The notes: generated by a model not told the origin, from the sequence alone. A stretch of 64,000 bases of DNA from an uncultured Gemmatimonadales bacterium (GCA_963708135.1 OY970192.1:3342152-3406151); one strand, 5' to 3'; positions 45,196 through 55,608 are shown, numbered from the stretch's first letter. Program-made: numbers and translations.

Positions 45196-48100
45196 TTGGT
45201 CCCGACCCGCCGCCGGCGAGCGGCGCCGCACGCCCTCGCCTCGACGCCCGCCGTTCGCCCGCCGTCCACGATCCGCCCGCTCGCGCCGGCCGCCCCGGTC
45301 CTCGCGCTGGCCCTCGGCCTCCTGCTCCTGCCCGCGGGCGCCCGCGCGCAGCGCCGCGGCGAGGGGCCGGATTCGACCAGCCGGCCGCTGCGCTTCGAGT
45401 TCCTTGGACCCGCGGCGGGCGGCCGCATCGCATCCGTGGCGGGGGTGCCCGGCGACCCGGACACCTACTACGCCGGCGCCGCATCGGGGGGTGTGTGGAA
45501 GACGACGGACGGCGGCCGCACGTTCGCGGCGATCTTCGACGAGGAGCCCGTCCAGGCGATCGGCGCGCTGGCGGTGGCGCCGTCGGCGCCCGCCATCGTG
45601 TGGGCGGGGACGGGGGAGGCGTGGACGATCCGGGATGCGGACGTGACGGGGGACGGCGTCTACAAGTCGGTCGATGGCGGGAGGACCTGGACCCACATGG
45701 GGCTGGAGAACGCCGGCCGCATCGGGCGGATCGTGGTGCATCCGTGGGATCCGGACATCGTCTACGTCTGCGCGCTCGGCCGCACGACGGCGCCGCAGCA
45801 GGAGCGCGGCGTGTACCGCACGACCGATGGCGGCAGGAGCTGGCAGCGGGTGCTGTTCGTGGACGCCAATACGGGCTGCTCGGGGCTGGCCATGGAGCCG
45901 AACGACCCGCAGGTGCTCTACGCCGGCACCTGGCAGATCTCGATGCGGCCGTGGGCCGAGAAGAGCGGCGGGGCAGGCAGCGGCGTGTGGATGTCGCGCG
46001 ACGGCGGCACCACCTGGAAGCGGCTCGCGGACGGGCTGCCGCACTCCCCCGTCGGCAAGGTGGACGTGGCCGTGGCGCGCTCGGACGCGAACCGCGTCTA
46101 CGCCCTCATCGAGACGCCGGACCAGGGCTCGGTGTGGCGCTCGGATGACGCGGGCGCGCACTGGAAGGTGGTGAGCTGGGACCGCACGCTGATCGGCCGG
46201 GCGGGCTACTACGTGCGGCTGGCGGTCTCGCCCACGGACGCGGACGAGCTCATCGTCGCCTCGAGCTCGCTGCACCGCTCGACCGATGGCGGCGAGACCT
46301 TCACCACCATCCGCGGCGGCTGCGGCGACTGCCACGACGTCTGGTGGGACTCCGACAACCCGGACCACTTCGCCGTCACGGGCGACGGCGGCATGGGCAT
46401 CACCACGAGCCACGGCCGGCGCTTCACCAGCGCCGCGCTGCCGATCGCGCAGATGTACCACGTGGCCGTGGACGACCGCCGCCCGTACTGGGTCTACGGC
46501 AACCGCCAGGACAATGGCACCATGCGCGGACCGAGCGACTCGCCCGAGCTGCCCGACAACGTCCCCGCGCTGAACCCGCGGCGGCGCTTCGGCAACTTGG
46601 GCGGCGGCGGCCAGAGCGACTGGCAGCACGGGCTCGGCGGCTGCGAGTCGGGCTTCACGCTGCCGGAGCCGGGCGACCCCGACATCGTCTGGGCCACCTG
46701 CTACGGCGACGAGGTCAGCCGCTGGGACGCGAAGACGCGTCTTGCCCGCTCCGTCAGCCCGTGGATGCACACCCTCGACTCGCCGCCCGACGCGCTGAAG
46801 TACCGCTGCCACTGGACGCCGCCACTGGCCATCGACCCCTTCGACCCCGGCACCGTCTACTACGGCTGCCAGGTCGTCTTCCGCACGACGGATGGCGGGC
46901 AGAGCTGGAGCGTGATCAGCCCCGACCTCTCCACGAAGGACTCGAGCCGCATCGTCTCCTCGGGCGGCCTGATCGGCGACAACCTGGGCCAGTTCTACGG
47001 CGAGGTGGTGTTCGCGATCGCGCCGTCGCCGGTGCGGAAGGGGCTCATCTGGGCCGGCACCAACGACGGCCAGGTCTGGTACACGGCCGACGCCGGGGGG
47101 CACTGGACCAATGTGACCGCCGGCCTCGAGGGCCTGCCGCCGTGGGGCACCGTGCGCCGCATCGAGCCCTCGCCCTTCGATTCGGCCACCGCATACGTGG
47201 CCGTCGACCGGCACCTGATGGATGACCCCACGCCGTACATCTACAGGACCACGGACCTCGGGAAGACGTGGACCCGCATCAGCGGCGGGCTGCCCGCGGA
47301 CCACCCGCTCTCGTACGTGATGACCGTGGCGGAGGACCCGAACCGGCAGGGGCTGCTCTTCGCCGGCACCGGGCACGGCTTCTTCTACTCGCGCGACGAC
47401 GGCGGCCACTGGACCGCGCTCCAGGACGGGCTGCCGGCGGCGCCGGTCACGTGGATCGCGGTCGCGAAGCCGGCGCACGACGTCGTCGCCTCGACCTACG
47501 GCCGCGGGATCTACGTGCTGCGCGACGTCACGCCGCTCGAGCAGGGCGACGTCTCCGCCCCGATCGCGGCCGCCCGCCTCTTCGCGCCCGCGCCCGCGCT
47601 GCGCCAGGCCCGCGACGGCAAGGCGTACGTCGATTTCGCCCTGCCGGCCGCGCCCGCCGCCCCCGTGAAGGTCGAGGTGCTGGACGCCGGCGGCACCCCG
47701 GTCCGGACCATGCCGCTCGTGGCCCACGACGGCCTCAACCGCGCCACCTGGGACCTCCGCTACGACCCGCCCCGGCAGGTCGAGATGCGCACGCCCGCGC
47801 CCGACAACCCGCACGTCTTCGACGAGCCCCGCTTCAAGGGGAAGGCGACCCGGCCCGTCACCCACTGGGGCATCGAGGGCCCGCAGCGCACCGGCCCGAT
47901 CGCCCCGCCGGGGCGCTACACCGTGCGGCTCACCACCCCGGGCGGCACGCTGACCGAGCCGCTCGAGGTCGTGAAGGCGCCCGCGATCGCCGCATCCGCG
48001 GAGGACCTGGCCGCCTCGACCGCCGCGCAGCTCCGCATCCGCAACGCCATCGACACCGTGGCCGACATGGCCAACACGCTCGAGATCGTGCGCCGCCACA

Positions 48101-48480
48101 TCCTGGACGCGCGCTCCCGCCACCGCAACGACACCGCTACCGACAGCGCGCTCGCCGCGCTGGACCGCCAGGCCATGGACGTGGAGCTGCGCCTGCTCTC
48201 CCGCTCCAGCATGCAGAGCGACGACAAGTGGTTCGTCGAGCCCTACGCCCTCTACCTGAACCTCGTCTGGCTGAACGCCGAGGTTGGCTCCGGCGGCGGC
48301 GACGTCTCCGGCGGCGCCGACCACGCGCCCACCGCCGCGTCGCTCGCCATCCTGTCCGACCTCGAGCGGAAGCTGGGCGAGGCGAAGACGGCGTACCACG
48401 CGTTCATCGACACCACCCTGCCGGCGTTCAACCGGGCGATGGTGGGGAAGGTGGGGCCGATCGGGACGGCGATGAGGTAG
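45196..48480 (+). CDS. Secreted BNR/Asp-box repeat protein (sortilin/VPS10-like beta-propellers), about 1094 aa
   Basis: Ten or more S/T-x-D-G-G-x-T-W Asp-boxes (TTDGGRTF, SVDGGRTW, TTDGGRSW, SRDGGTTW, STDGGETF, TTDGGQSW, TADAGGHW, TTDLGKTW, SRDDGGHW). Proposed TTG start at 45196 with GGAGG 5 nt upstream, followed by a signal peptide. The start is uncertain. Confidence 0.8.
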   Translation: MVPTRRRRAAPHALASTPAVRPPSTIRPLAPAAPVLALALGLLLLPAGARAQRRGEGPDSTSRPLRFEFLGPAAGGRIASVAGVPGDPDTYYAGAASGGVWKTTDGGRTFAAIFDEEPVQAIGALAVAPSAPAIVWAGTGEAWTIRDADVTGDGVYKSVDGGRTWTHMGLENAGRIGRIVVHPWDPDIVYVCALGRTTAPQQERGVYRTTDGGRSWQRVLFVDANTGCSGLAMEPNDPQVLYAGTWQISMRPWAEKSGGAGSGVWMSRDGGTTWKRLADGLPHSPVGKVDVAVARSDANRVYALIETPDQGSVWRSDDAGAHWKVVSWDRTLIGRAGYYVRLAVSPTDADELIVASSSLHRSTDGGETFTTIRGGCGDCHDVWWDSDNPDHFAVTGDGGMGITTSHGRRFTSAALPIAQMYHVAVDDRRPYWVYGNRQDNGTMRGPSDSPELPDNVPALNPRRRFGNLGGGGQSDWQHGLGGCESGFTLPEPGDPDIVWATCYGDEVSRWDAKTRLARSVSPWMHTLDSPPDALKYRCHWTPPLAIDPFDPGTVYYGCQVVFRTTDGGQSWSVISPDLSTKDSSRIVSSGGLIGDNLGQFYGEVVFAIAPSPVRKGLIWAGTNDGQVWYTADAGGHWTNVTAGLEGLPPWGTVRRIEPSPFDSATAYVAVDRHLMDDPTPYIYRTTDLGKTWTRISGGLPADHPLSYVMTVAEDPNRQGLLFAGTGHGFFYSRDDGGHWTALQDGLPAAPVTWIAVAKPAHDVVASTYGRGIYVLRDVTPLEQGDVSAPIAAARLFAPAPALRQARDGKAYVDFALPAAPAAPVKVEVLDAGGTPVRTMPLVAHDGLNRATWDLRYDPPRQVEMRTPAPDNPHVFDEPRFKGKATRPVTHWGIEGPQRTGPIAPPGRYTVRLTTPGGTLTEPLEVVKAPAIAASAEDLAASTAAQLRIRNAIDTVADMANTLEIVRRHILDARSRHRNDTATDSALAALDRQAMDVELRLLSRSSMQSDDKWFVEPYALYLNLVWLNAEVGSGGGDVSGGADHAPTAASLAILSDLERKLGEAKTAYHAFIDTTLPAFNRAMVGKVGPIGTAMR

Positions 48481-48508
48481 GGGGGGGCCGAGCTCGCCGG
48501 CGAGGCAT

Positions 48509-48545
48509 GGTTGTGGTTGTGGTTTTGGTTTTGGTTTTGGTTGTG
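48509..48545 (+). repeat. Hexamer microsatellite (GGTTGT)2(GGTTTT)3GGTTGT
   Basis: Read directly from the sequence. Confidence 0.9.
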
Positions 48546-48598
48546 CGCGGCCGGGACTGCTATGGGCGCGCCCGGGCGCGAGGGATATGCTCGGGGGT

Positions 48599-48973
48599 AT
48601 GGAGAGCTACGATTTCGAGGGGCTGGAGGCGTTCAGGGTCGCACTGGAGGTTGCGGTTCTCGGGGACGAGGCCTTCGCGCGGCTCCGTTCCGTTCGGCCG
48701 CACCTGGCCCACCAGATCGGGCGCTGCAGTCTCTCGGCCATGCTGAACACGGCGGAAGCGACCGGTCGCAGAACACCCGCCGACCAGGCACACTTCTATT
48801 CCATCGCACGCGGCTCCGGCGCGGAAACCGCAGCCGCGTTCCTCTTCTGCGAGCGTCGCCGGCTGCTCCCCAGCGAGATGACGTCCCGGGCCCGAGAGCT
48901 GCTCCTGCCATTGCTCAAGATGCAATCCCGACTCGCCCGGCCCCGTCCTCCGTCCACCGGCCCACGCCCCTGA
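48599..48973 (+). CDS. Four-helix-bundle protein (23S rRNA intervening-sequence protein family), about 124 aa
   Basis: The pattern ...HLAHQIGRCSLSAMLNTAEATGRRTPADQAHFYSIARGSGAETAA... matches the family consensus Q..R...S...NIAEG..R.....F..IA.GS..E. The start is ATG at 48599 or 48587. Confidence 0.7.
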   Translation: MESYDFEGLEAFRVALEVAVLGDEAFARLRSVRPHLAHQIGRCSLSAMLNTAEATGRRTPADQAHFYSIARGSGAETAAAFLFCERRRLLPSEMTSRARELLLPLLKMQSRLARPRPPSTGPRP

Positions 48974-49056
48974 ACCCAAACCCAAACCCAAACCCAAACC
49001 CAAACCCAAACCCAAACCCAAACCAAAACCAAACCAAGACCCAAACCAAAACCAAT
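48974..49056 (+). repeat. Hexamer microsatellite (CCCAAA)9, decaying to CCAAAA/CCAAAC units (TTTGGG on the minus strand)
   Basis: Read directly from the sequence. Confidence 0.95.
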
Positions 49057-49174
49057 AACCGGATTCGCCCCTGACCCCCCGTCCGTCCCGAAGGACCCGC
49101 GGGACAAGGACCCCCGCGGCGCCCCCCGTTGACGCAGGCGTCCATAGGTGTAAGATTGGTGTAGAGGTGTAACC

Positions 49175-49447
49175 ATGGCACTGAACATAAAGAACCCGGA
49201 GGTGGAGCGGCTCGCGGCCGAGCTCGCTCGCCTCACCGGAGAGACGAAGACCGAAGCGATCCGCCGGGCGCTGAACGAACGGTATGCGCGCGTGCGGAGC
49301 CGGGTCACGGACGCGGGTCGGCGGGAGCGCGTGCTGCGTTTCCTGGAGACGGAGGTCTGGGCGCGTGTGCCGCCGGACCAGCTCGGCCGCGCCCCGGACA
49401 AGGCGGAGCGGGAGGCGATCCTCGGCTACGGCCCCGAGGGCGTGTGA
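49175..49447 (+). CDS. vapB: Type II antitoxin, VapB (Rv0623-like) family, 90 aa
   Basis: MALNIKNPEVERLAAELARLTGETKTEAIRRALNERY is typical of the family. Its stop overlaps the vapC start (GTGA). Confidence 0.85.
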   Translation: MALNIKNPEVERLAAELARLTGETKTEAIRRALNERYARVRSRVTDAGRRERVLRFLETEVWARVPPDQLGRAPDKAEREAILGYGPEGV

Positions 49448-49830
49448 TCGTCGATTCCTCCGCGCTCCTGGCCGTCATCTTCCGCGAGCCCGGCTATCAG
49501 GAGCTCATCAACCGCGTGGAGGCAGCAGACGCGGTCACCGCCGGAGCGCCGACGCTGGCCGAGACCGGCATCGTGCTCCATTCCCGACTGGGCGAGGCGT
49601 CCCGCGGATTGCTGGAGCGGGTGCTGGACGAGCTCGGCATCCAGGAGATCCCCTTCGGCGAGATCCACTGGCGGGAAGCCGTCGAGGGCTTCCGCCGCTT
49701 CGGGAAGGGCCACCACCCCGCCGCGCTCAACTTCGGCGACTGCCTGACCTACGCCGCGGCCCGCCTCTCGGGGGAGCCGTTGCTGTTCGTGGGGAAGGAT
49801 TTCTCGAAGACTGACCTCGAGGCGGCCTGA
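49444..49830 (+). CDS. vapC: Type II toxin, PIN-domain ribonuclease VapC, 128 aa
   Basis: IVDSSALLAV (first acidic residue) and FGDCLTYAAA (last conserved Asp); typical size and pairing. Confidence 0.85.
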   Translation: MIVDSSALLAVIFREPGYQELINRVEAADAVTAGAPTLAETGIVLHSRLGEASRGLLERVLDELGIQEIPFGEIHWREAVEGFRRFGKGHHPAALNFGDCLTYAAARLSGEPLLFVGKDFSKTDLEAA

Positions 49831-50013
49831 CCTTCCGGGGCGGCGACTGACCTCGGGACCCTGGGGCCGCAGCCGCGGCCGGATTCCCGAGTCCAGCAAC
49901 TGGCCGCCCACCGGAGGCCAGGGCAGGATCACGCGTTCTTGAGATCGACGGAAGATGCGGGGCGCGCCAACACCCGGCGCCCACCTCACCTGTCCACGAA
50001 ACCGGGTCAGGCC

Positions 50014-50092
50014 CACCAAAACCAAAACCAAACCAAAACCAAAACCAAACCAAAACCAAACCAAAACGCCCACCCAAACCCCAACCCCGGCC
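50014..50092 (+). repeat. Penta/hexamer microsatellite (CAAAAC/CAAACC)n
   Basis: Read directly from the sequence. Confidence 0.9.
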
Positions 50093-50114
50093 ACCGGCCC
50101 CCTGGCTCAGGACC

Positions 50115-51131
50115 CTACCGAACCGCCCGCGCCACCGCCTCCCCGAACCCCCCCGTCGTCCCCTTTCCCCCCAGGTCCGGCGTGGTCGCCTCGCCGGCGA
50201 GGATGGCGTCCTCGAGGGCGCGGCGGATGCGGCGGGCGGCGTCGCCCTGCCCGATGTGGTCGAGCATCATGCAGGCGGCCAGCATCATGGCGCCGGGGTT
50301 GGCGATGTCCCTTCCTGCGATGTCCGGCGCGGAGCCGTGGACGGGCTCGAAGATGGCGGCATCCTTGCCGATGTTGCCGCCGGGGGCGAGGCCGAGGCCG
50401 CCGACGAGGCCGGCCATGAGGTCGCTCAGGATGTCGCCGAACATGTTCTCCATGACGAGGACATCGAAGCGGTAGGGGTTCAGCACGAGGTTCATGGCGG
50501 CGGCATCGACGATCATGTCCTCGAAGGCGACGCGGCCCTCGTACTCCTTCGCGACGCCGCGTCCAACGTCGAGGAAGAGCCCCTGGGTGAACTTGAGGAT
50601 GTTGGCCTTGTGGACCAGGGTGACCTTCTCGCGGCCGTGCTTCTCGGCGTAGTCGAAGGCGTACCGGACGGCGCGCTCGGCGCCGTAGCGGGTGATGATC
50701 ATGACCGACTCGGCCGCCGCGTGCGCGTCCTCGCCCACCCCGATGTAGTGCTCGACCCCGACGTAGAGGCCCTCCGTGTTCTCGCGGATCAGCACGAGAT
50801 CGATGTCCTCGTAGCGGCCGCCCGGCACCAGCGTGCGCGCGGGCCGCACGTTGGCGTAGAGGTCGAACTCCTTCCTGAGCGCCACGTTGATCGAGCGGAA
50901 CCCGACGCCGATGGGGGTGGTCAGCGGGCCCTTGAGCGCGACGCGCGTGCGCCGGACCGAGTCCATGGTCTCCTGCGGCAGCGGCGAGCTCTTCTCTTCG
51001 AGCGCCGCCATGCCGGCCAGCTTCCGGTCCCACGCGATGTCGGCGCCGGCGGCCTCCAGCACGTGGACGGTGGCCTCCGTGATGGCGGGGCCAATGCCAT
51101 CGCCGGGGATCAGGGTGACGGGCGTGGGCAT
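50115..51131 (-). CDS. Isocitrate/isopropylmalate dehydrogenase family protein (NAD-IDH-like), 338 aa
   Basis: [30 protein letters not shown] and HGSAPDIAG motifs. ATG at 51131. Confidence 0.85.
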   Translation of the reverse strand: MPTPVTLIPGDGIGPAITEATVHVLEAAGADIAWDRKLAGMAALEEKSSPLPQETMDSVRRTRVALKGPLTTPIGVGFRSINVALRKEFDLYANVRPARTLVPGGRYEDIDLVLIRENTEGLYVGVEHYIGVGEDAHAAAESVMIITRYGAERAVRYAFDYAEKHGREKVTLVHKANILKFTQGLFLDVGRGVAKEYEGRVAFEDMIVDAAAMNLVLNPYRFDVLVMENMFGDILSDLMAGLVGGLGLAPGGNIGKDAAIFEPVHGSAPDIAGRDIANPGAMMLAACMMLDHIGQGDAARRIRRALEDAILAGEATTPDLGGKGTTGGFGEAVARAVR

Positions 51132-51189
51132 GATCGGCGCTCTCCGGGGATGCGGTGGAGCCGGTGCGCGGCCGGCCGGGCTCTCGGCG

Positions 51190-51849
51190 TCAGTGGCGCG
51201 CGGAGGCGGGCAGCAGCGCGCGTGCCAGCGCGCGGGCGGCGGTGGCGACGGCGCGCCCGTCCGGCTCCGGGCGCACCTCGCCGGCGACGACCGCGTACCA
51301 GAGCACATCGCCGCCGAAGGTGTCGATGAGCGCGGCCGTGGCCTCGAGGCGGCCGTGGGCGGAGTCCACCGGAACGAAGGCGATGCGCACGGGCACGAGC
51401 GCCAGCCGGGCGTCCACGAGGGCCGCCATGCGGCGCAGGTCGCCGAAGAGCGGGTCGCCTATGCTGCGCAGGCGCATCCGGGCGAAGTCGCCGACGGCAA
51501 GGGCGTGCGGGTCGATGGCCAGGGCGGGGTTGCGGGCGAGCGCCGCCTCGACCTTCGCGGCGCCGACCCAGTGCACGTTCGGCGCGGCATCCACGAGCCA
51601 GTCGGCGGCCTCGGCGTCGAAGTCGGCGGCGAGGCGGCGGCCGCCGCCCCCGGCCCCGCTCTGCGCGGGCACGATCATCACCGTGGCGCCGGAGAGGTCG
51701 GGGGCGGGGGGCGGCGCATCGGAGGCGGAGGGCGGTCGGGCGGTCCGGGGCGCACACGCCGCGAGGGCGGCGGCCAGCGCGGCGGCCGCCGCGAGGCGGG
51801 CCGGCCGCGCGCGAGGGCGGCGGCGGGAGCGTCGCCTGGATGAGCTCAG
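51190..51849 (-). CDS. Hypothetical lipoprotein, about 219 aa, start uncertain
   Basis: An Arg-rich n-region followed by LAAAAALAAALAAC (lipobox). The only candidate start is a CTG at 51849 overlapping the upstream stop (CTGA). Confidence 0.45.
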   Translation of the reverse strand: MSSSRRRSRRRPRARPARLAAAAALAAALAACAPRTARPPSASDAPPPAPDLSGATVMIVPAQSGAGGGGRRLAADFDAEAADWLVDAAPNVHWVGAAKVEAALARNPALAIDPHALAVGDFARMRLRSIGDPLFGDLRRMAALVDARLALVPVRIAFVPVDSAHGRLEATAALIDTFGGDVLWYAVVAGEVRPEPDGRAVATAARALARALLPASARH

Positions 51850-52613
51850 CGGTTCTTCCACTCGGGCGTGCGCTCCTCGCGCCAGGCGGCCAGCCCCTCC
51901 TGCGCGTCCTCGAGCTCGAGCAGCTGCCGCAGGAAGAGGGACTTCACCCTGGGCAGCGCCTCGTCGTAGGAGGCGTAGTAGGCGGCGTACTGCGCCTGCT
52001 TGGCGAGCTGGAGCACGGGCCCGCTCTTGCTCGTGATCTCGCGCACGAACGCGTCGAGGTCCTCGTCGAAGCGGCCGGGCGCGAAGATGCGGTTGGCCAG
52101 CCCGTAGCCGAGCAGCTCGCGCGCGCCCACCTCGCAGCCGGTGAGGATCCACTCCATGGCCTTGCGGCGGGGCGCGACGCGCGGCAGCACGGTCGTGGCG
52201 ATGGTGGGGAAGATGCCGTGCGTGATCTCGGGCAGCTGGAACGTGGCGTTCTCGGCGGCGACGATCAGGTTGCAGCCGAGCGCGAGCTCCCAGCCGGCGC
52301 CCGCGGCGCGACCCTCCACGGCGGCGATGGAGACCAGGTCCATCATCCGCAGCGACTCGAACACCCGGTGGTAGAGCCCGAGCAGCCGGCGCACGCGGGC
52401 CTTCCCGAACTCCCCCAGGTCCAGCCCGTCGCTGAAGGTGTCGCGCGCGCCGCGCAGCACGAGCACCTCGAGCTCCACATTGTCGCGTATCTCGTCGAGC
52501 GCGCGGTTGATCTCCTGCACCATCGCGCCCGTCAGCATGTTGCGGGGCTCGTGGTCCAGCGTGAGCACCGCGTGTCTTTCGGCAATGGCCAGCTCCAGCA
52601 GCTTGTAGCCCAT
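51846..52613 (-). CDS. Enoyl-CoA hydratase/isomerase (crotonase) family protein, 255 aa
   Basis: Crotonase-fold pattern (VLVLRGA...FS.G.DL...AAVEG.A.G.G.ELAL.C...). Confidence 0.8.
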   Translation of the reverse strand: MGYKLLELAIAERHAVLTLDHEPRNMLTGAMVQEINRALDEIRDNVELEVLVLRGARDTFSDGLDLGEFGKARVRRLLGLYHRVFESLRMMDLVSIAAVEGRAAGAGWELALGCNLIVAAENATFQLPEITHGIFPTIATTVLPRVAPRRKAMEWILTGCEVGARELLGYGLANRIFAPGRFDEDLDAFVREITSKSGPVLQLAKQAQYAAYYASYDEALPRVKSLFLRQLLELEDAQEGLAAWREERTPEWKNR

Positions 52614-52647
52614 ATCCGTCGCACCGATCGTCTTTCGGGAATCTCCA

Positions 52648-53403
52648 CTACAGCAGGTGCCCGCCATCCACGGGAATGACCGCCCCGGTGATGTGGCGCG
52701 CCCGCTCCGAGCACAGGAACACCACCACGTCCGCCACGTCCTGCGGGTCGCCCAGCCGGCCGAGCACGCTCCGGTCCCGCGCCCGATCGAGCACCTCCGG
52801 CGAGACGCCCGCCGTCAGACGGGTGGTCCGGATGTAGCCGGGCGCCACCGCGTTGACGTTCACGTTCGACGGCCCGAGCTCCACCGCCGCCGAGCGCGTG
52901 AGCCCGAGGATCCCCGCCTTCGACGCCGCGTAGTTGGCCAGCCCGAACTCGCTGCGCAGCCCGTGCACCGAGCTGACGTTCACGATCTTGCCGAACTGCT
53001 GCGCCCGGAAGAGCGGCGCCACCGCCCGGATCATGTGGAACGTGCCGGTGAGGTTGGTGTCCACCACGTCGCTCCACTGCGCATCCGTCATCCGCCAAAG
53101 CGCCCGGTCCTGTGCCACGCCCGCGTTGTTGACCAGAATCTGGACCCCGCCGAGCGCCGTCTTCGCGTCGGCGACGAAGGCCTCCACGCGCCCCGCGTCG
53201 CGCACGTCGCACTCGCGGCAGAACACCGCCACCTCGAGCCGCCTCAGCTCCGCGGCCGTGCGCTCGGCCTCCTCCTCCGTGCGCCCGTCCCGGTCATCGA
53301 TGTAGTTGAAGGCGACGTGCACGCCCTGGCGCGCGAGCTCCAGCGCGATCGCGCGGCCGATCCCGGTCGCGCCGCCGGTCACGATCGCGCACAGCCCGCG
53401 CAT
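52648..53403 (-). CDS. Short-chain dehydrogenase/reductase, FabG-like, about 251 aa
   Basis: TGGATGIGRAIA, NNAG and YAASKAG (YxxxK) motifs. An alternative start at 53445 is possible. Confidence 0.8.
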   Translation of the reverse strand: MRGLCAIVTGGATGIGRAIALELARQGVHVAFNYIDDRDGRTEEEAERTAAELRRLEVAVFCRECDVRDAGRVEAFVADAKTALGGVQILVNNAGVAQDRALWRMTDAQWSDVVDTNLTGTFHMIRAVAPLFRAQQFGKIVNVSSVHGLRSEFGLANYAASKAGILGLTRSAAVELGPSNVNVNAVAPGYIRTTRLTAGVSPEVLDRARDRSVLGRLGDPQDVADVVVFLCSERARHITGAVIPVDGGHLL

Positions 53404-53925
53404 CCCACCCTGCCCCTGCGCGGGCTGTGGCCGCGTCTCGACCATCTCGGCCAGGAACTGCTCCACGGCGGGGTCCGCAACCTCCGAGACCGTGCCGTTG
53501 CCGCCGTCCTCGCCGCCTTCCCGCCGGCCGTGTGGCGTCAAGTCCGCTCCCCCTCGAAAGGCCTGGCCCCCACCGCCGGCGGCGGGGGTAACCCGGGACA
53601 GCATTCGAGGATGCCGCCTGGCCATGGCCCTGTCAAGCAACCGCGAGCCGGGTAGCGTCCCAGGACATTATCCGACCGGCATGCTGCGGGTGGGGGTGCC
53701 GCCTGGATCCCGCGATCGTCGCGTCCTGGGACCGTGCACGACCCGCCGCTCGCCTGCGCGCCGGAAGCGAGAATCGGATCGTGCACGCCGGGCGGTCCCA
53801 AGGCGCCGCTCGATCAGGCCGGGGAGAACGAGTGGCGAGTTGGGCCGGGATCGCGAGCAGGAGTCGCCACTCGCGCGCCGGAGCAGGGCGAGCGGCGCGT
53901 CGTGCAGCCCGAGCGGGCCGCGGTT

Positions 53926-54633
53926 CTACTCCTGCGGCTCTTCCGGGGACGCGGCTTCGGCCTCGCGCTGCTCGGAGCGGTGCTTGATGGTGCGGCCCTC
54001 GACGAGGAAGACCACGTCCTCGGCGATGTTGGTGGCGAGGTCGGCGATGCGCTCGAGGTTGCGGGAGGCCAGGAACCAGTCCATGCCGGCGGTGATCTTG
54101 CGCGGGTCCTCCATCATGTGGGTGAGGAGGATGCGGAATACGTTGTCGTGCAGCTCGTCGACGCGGTCGTCGCGGCGGCCGATGTCGCGGGCGAGTTCGC
54201 TGTCGAGGCGGATGAAGCTATCGAGCGAGTCGGCGAGCATCTCGGTGGCGAGGCGGACCATCTCCTCGATCTCGGGGAGCGGCGGGAAGGGGGCCGCGCC
54301 GGCGATGTACTCGACCTCCTCGGCGATGTTGACGGCGTGGTCGCCGACGCGCTCGAGGTCGTTGGCGATCTTCATGGCCATGGTGATGAAGCGGAGGTCG
54401 CGGGCCATCGGCTGCTGGAGGGCGAGCAGCTGGATGGCGAGCTCCTCGACCTCGACCTCGAGGGCGTCCACGGCCCGGTCGCGGCGCATCGCCTCGGCGG
54501 CCAGCTCGGGGTCGCGGTCGAGCAGCGCGCGGACGGCCAGCTTGACCATCTCCTCGGCCAGCCCCGCCATCCCCACGAGGCGGGACTGGAGCTTGTCCAG
54601 CTCGACGTGGAAGTGCCGCTGCGCCTGTGGCAT
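53926..54633 (-). CDS. phoU: Phosphate signalling complex protein PhoU, 235 aa
   Basis: Duplicated PhoU repeats (ARDLRFITMAMKIANDLERVGDHAVNIAE and ...ASRNLERIADLATNIAED). Confidence 0.9.
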   Translation of the reverse strand: MPQAQRHFHVELDKLQSRLVGMAGLAEEMVKLAVRALLDRDPELAAEAMRRDRAVDALEVEVEELAIQLLALQQPMARDLRFITMAMKIANDLERVGDHAVNIAEEVEYIAGAAPFPPLPEIEEMVRLATEMLADSLDSFIRLDSELARDIGRRDDRVDELHDNVFRILLTHMMEDPRKITAGMDWFLASRNLERIADLATNIAEDVVFLVEGRTIKHRSEQREAEAASPEEPQE

Positions 54634-55409
54634 TATCCGAACCTCCCGGTGATGTACGCCTCGGTGCGGGGCTCGCGCGGGTTCGTGAACAGCGCCTCGG
54701 TGGCGCCGTACTCGACGAGGTCGCCCAGGTAGAGGAACGCCGTCAGCTCCGAGACCCGGGCGGCCTGCTGCATGTTGTGCGTGACGATGACGACGGTGTA
54801 CTCCTGCTTCAGCTCGAAGATGAGGTCCTCGATCTTCTGCGTGGCGATCGGATCGAGCGCGGAGGCGGGCTCGTCCATGAGGATCACCTCCGGCTCGACC
54901 GCGAGCGCACGCGCGATGCAGAGGCGCTGCTGCTGCCCGCCGGACAGCGAGAACGCGCTCTGGCCGAGCCGGTCCTTCACCTCGTCCCAGAGCGCGGCGC
55001 GCTCGAGCGAGCGCTGCACCACCGCATCGAGGTCCACGCGCATCCGGTTCACGCGCGGCCCGAACGCCACGTTCTCGTAGATCGAGCGCGGGAACGGGTT
55101 CGGCTTCTGGAAGACCATGCCGATGCGGCGCCGCACCTCGACGGGGTCCACCGCGGGGTCGTAGAGATCGACGTCGTCGAAGCGGATGCTCCCCTCCACC
55201 CGCGCGCCCGGGATCAGGTCGTTCATGCGGTTGAAGGAGCGCAGCAGCGTGCTCTTGCCGCACCCGGACGGCCCGATGAACGCCACCACCCGGCGCTCCG
55301 GGATGGCGATGGAGACGGACTTCACCGCCTGCGTGCTGCCGTAATATACGGAGAGGTCGATCGCCTCGAGCGCGGTCGGCCCCGTGTCGTCGTCCTGCCG
55401 CGTCGCCAC
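54633..55409 (-). CDS. pstB: Phosphate ABC transporter ATP-binding protein PstB, 258 aa
   Basis: [32 protein letters not shown] and ILMDEP motifs. GTG at 55409 with GGAGGAG upstream. Its TAA shares one base with the phoU ATG. Confidence 0.9.
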   Translation of the reverse strand: MATRQDDDTGPTALEAIDLSVYYGSTQAVKSVSIAIPERRVVAFIGPSGCGKSTLLRSFNRMNDLIPGARVEGSIRFDDVDLYDPAVDPVEVRRRIGMVFQKPNPFPRSIYENVAFGPRVNRMRVDLDAVVQRSLERAALWDEVKDRLGQSAFSLSGGQQQRLCIARALAVEPEVILMDEPASALDPIATQKIEDLIFELKQEYTVVIVTHNMQQAARVSELTAFLYLGDLVEYGATEALFTNPREPRTEAYITGRFG

Positions 55410-55608
55410 CCTGTGCTCCTCCCCTCGATCGAATGCCGCGGCCGCGACGGGATCGGCTCCCGCCGCCGCCGTCCGAAGCCCCGGAGGCTGACGATCACGT
55501 GCGCCCCGCGCAAGACTCCATCGACTGGCGCTCGGCGGACCGGTCCTCGTCCCGTCCTCGTCGTCTGGCGATGAATGGCGGAACGGCGGCGGCGCCGCAA
55601 GCCGCGCC

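Noticed and set aside
45133-48399. 1088-aa minus-strand ORF antisense to the BNR-repeat gene
   Set aside because: There are no motifs, whereas the plus-strand frame has ten or more Asp-boxes.
48974-49056. (TTTGGG)n as a telomere or linear-replicon end
   Set aside because: The tract is internal, flanked by ordinary genes on both sides, and is one of many different hexamer tracts in the window.
51846-51849. CTG initiation overlapping the upstream stop (CTGA) for the lipoprotein gene 51190..51849
   Set aside because: This is kept only as a tentative start, not as a finding. No canonical start is available in frame, but non-canonical initiation cannot be shown from sequence.
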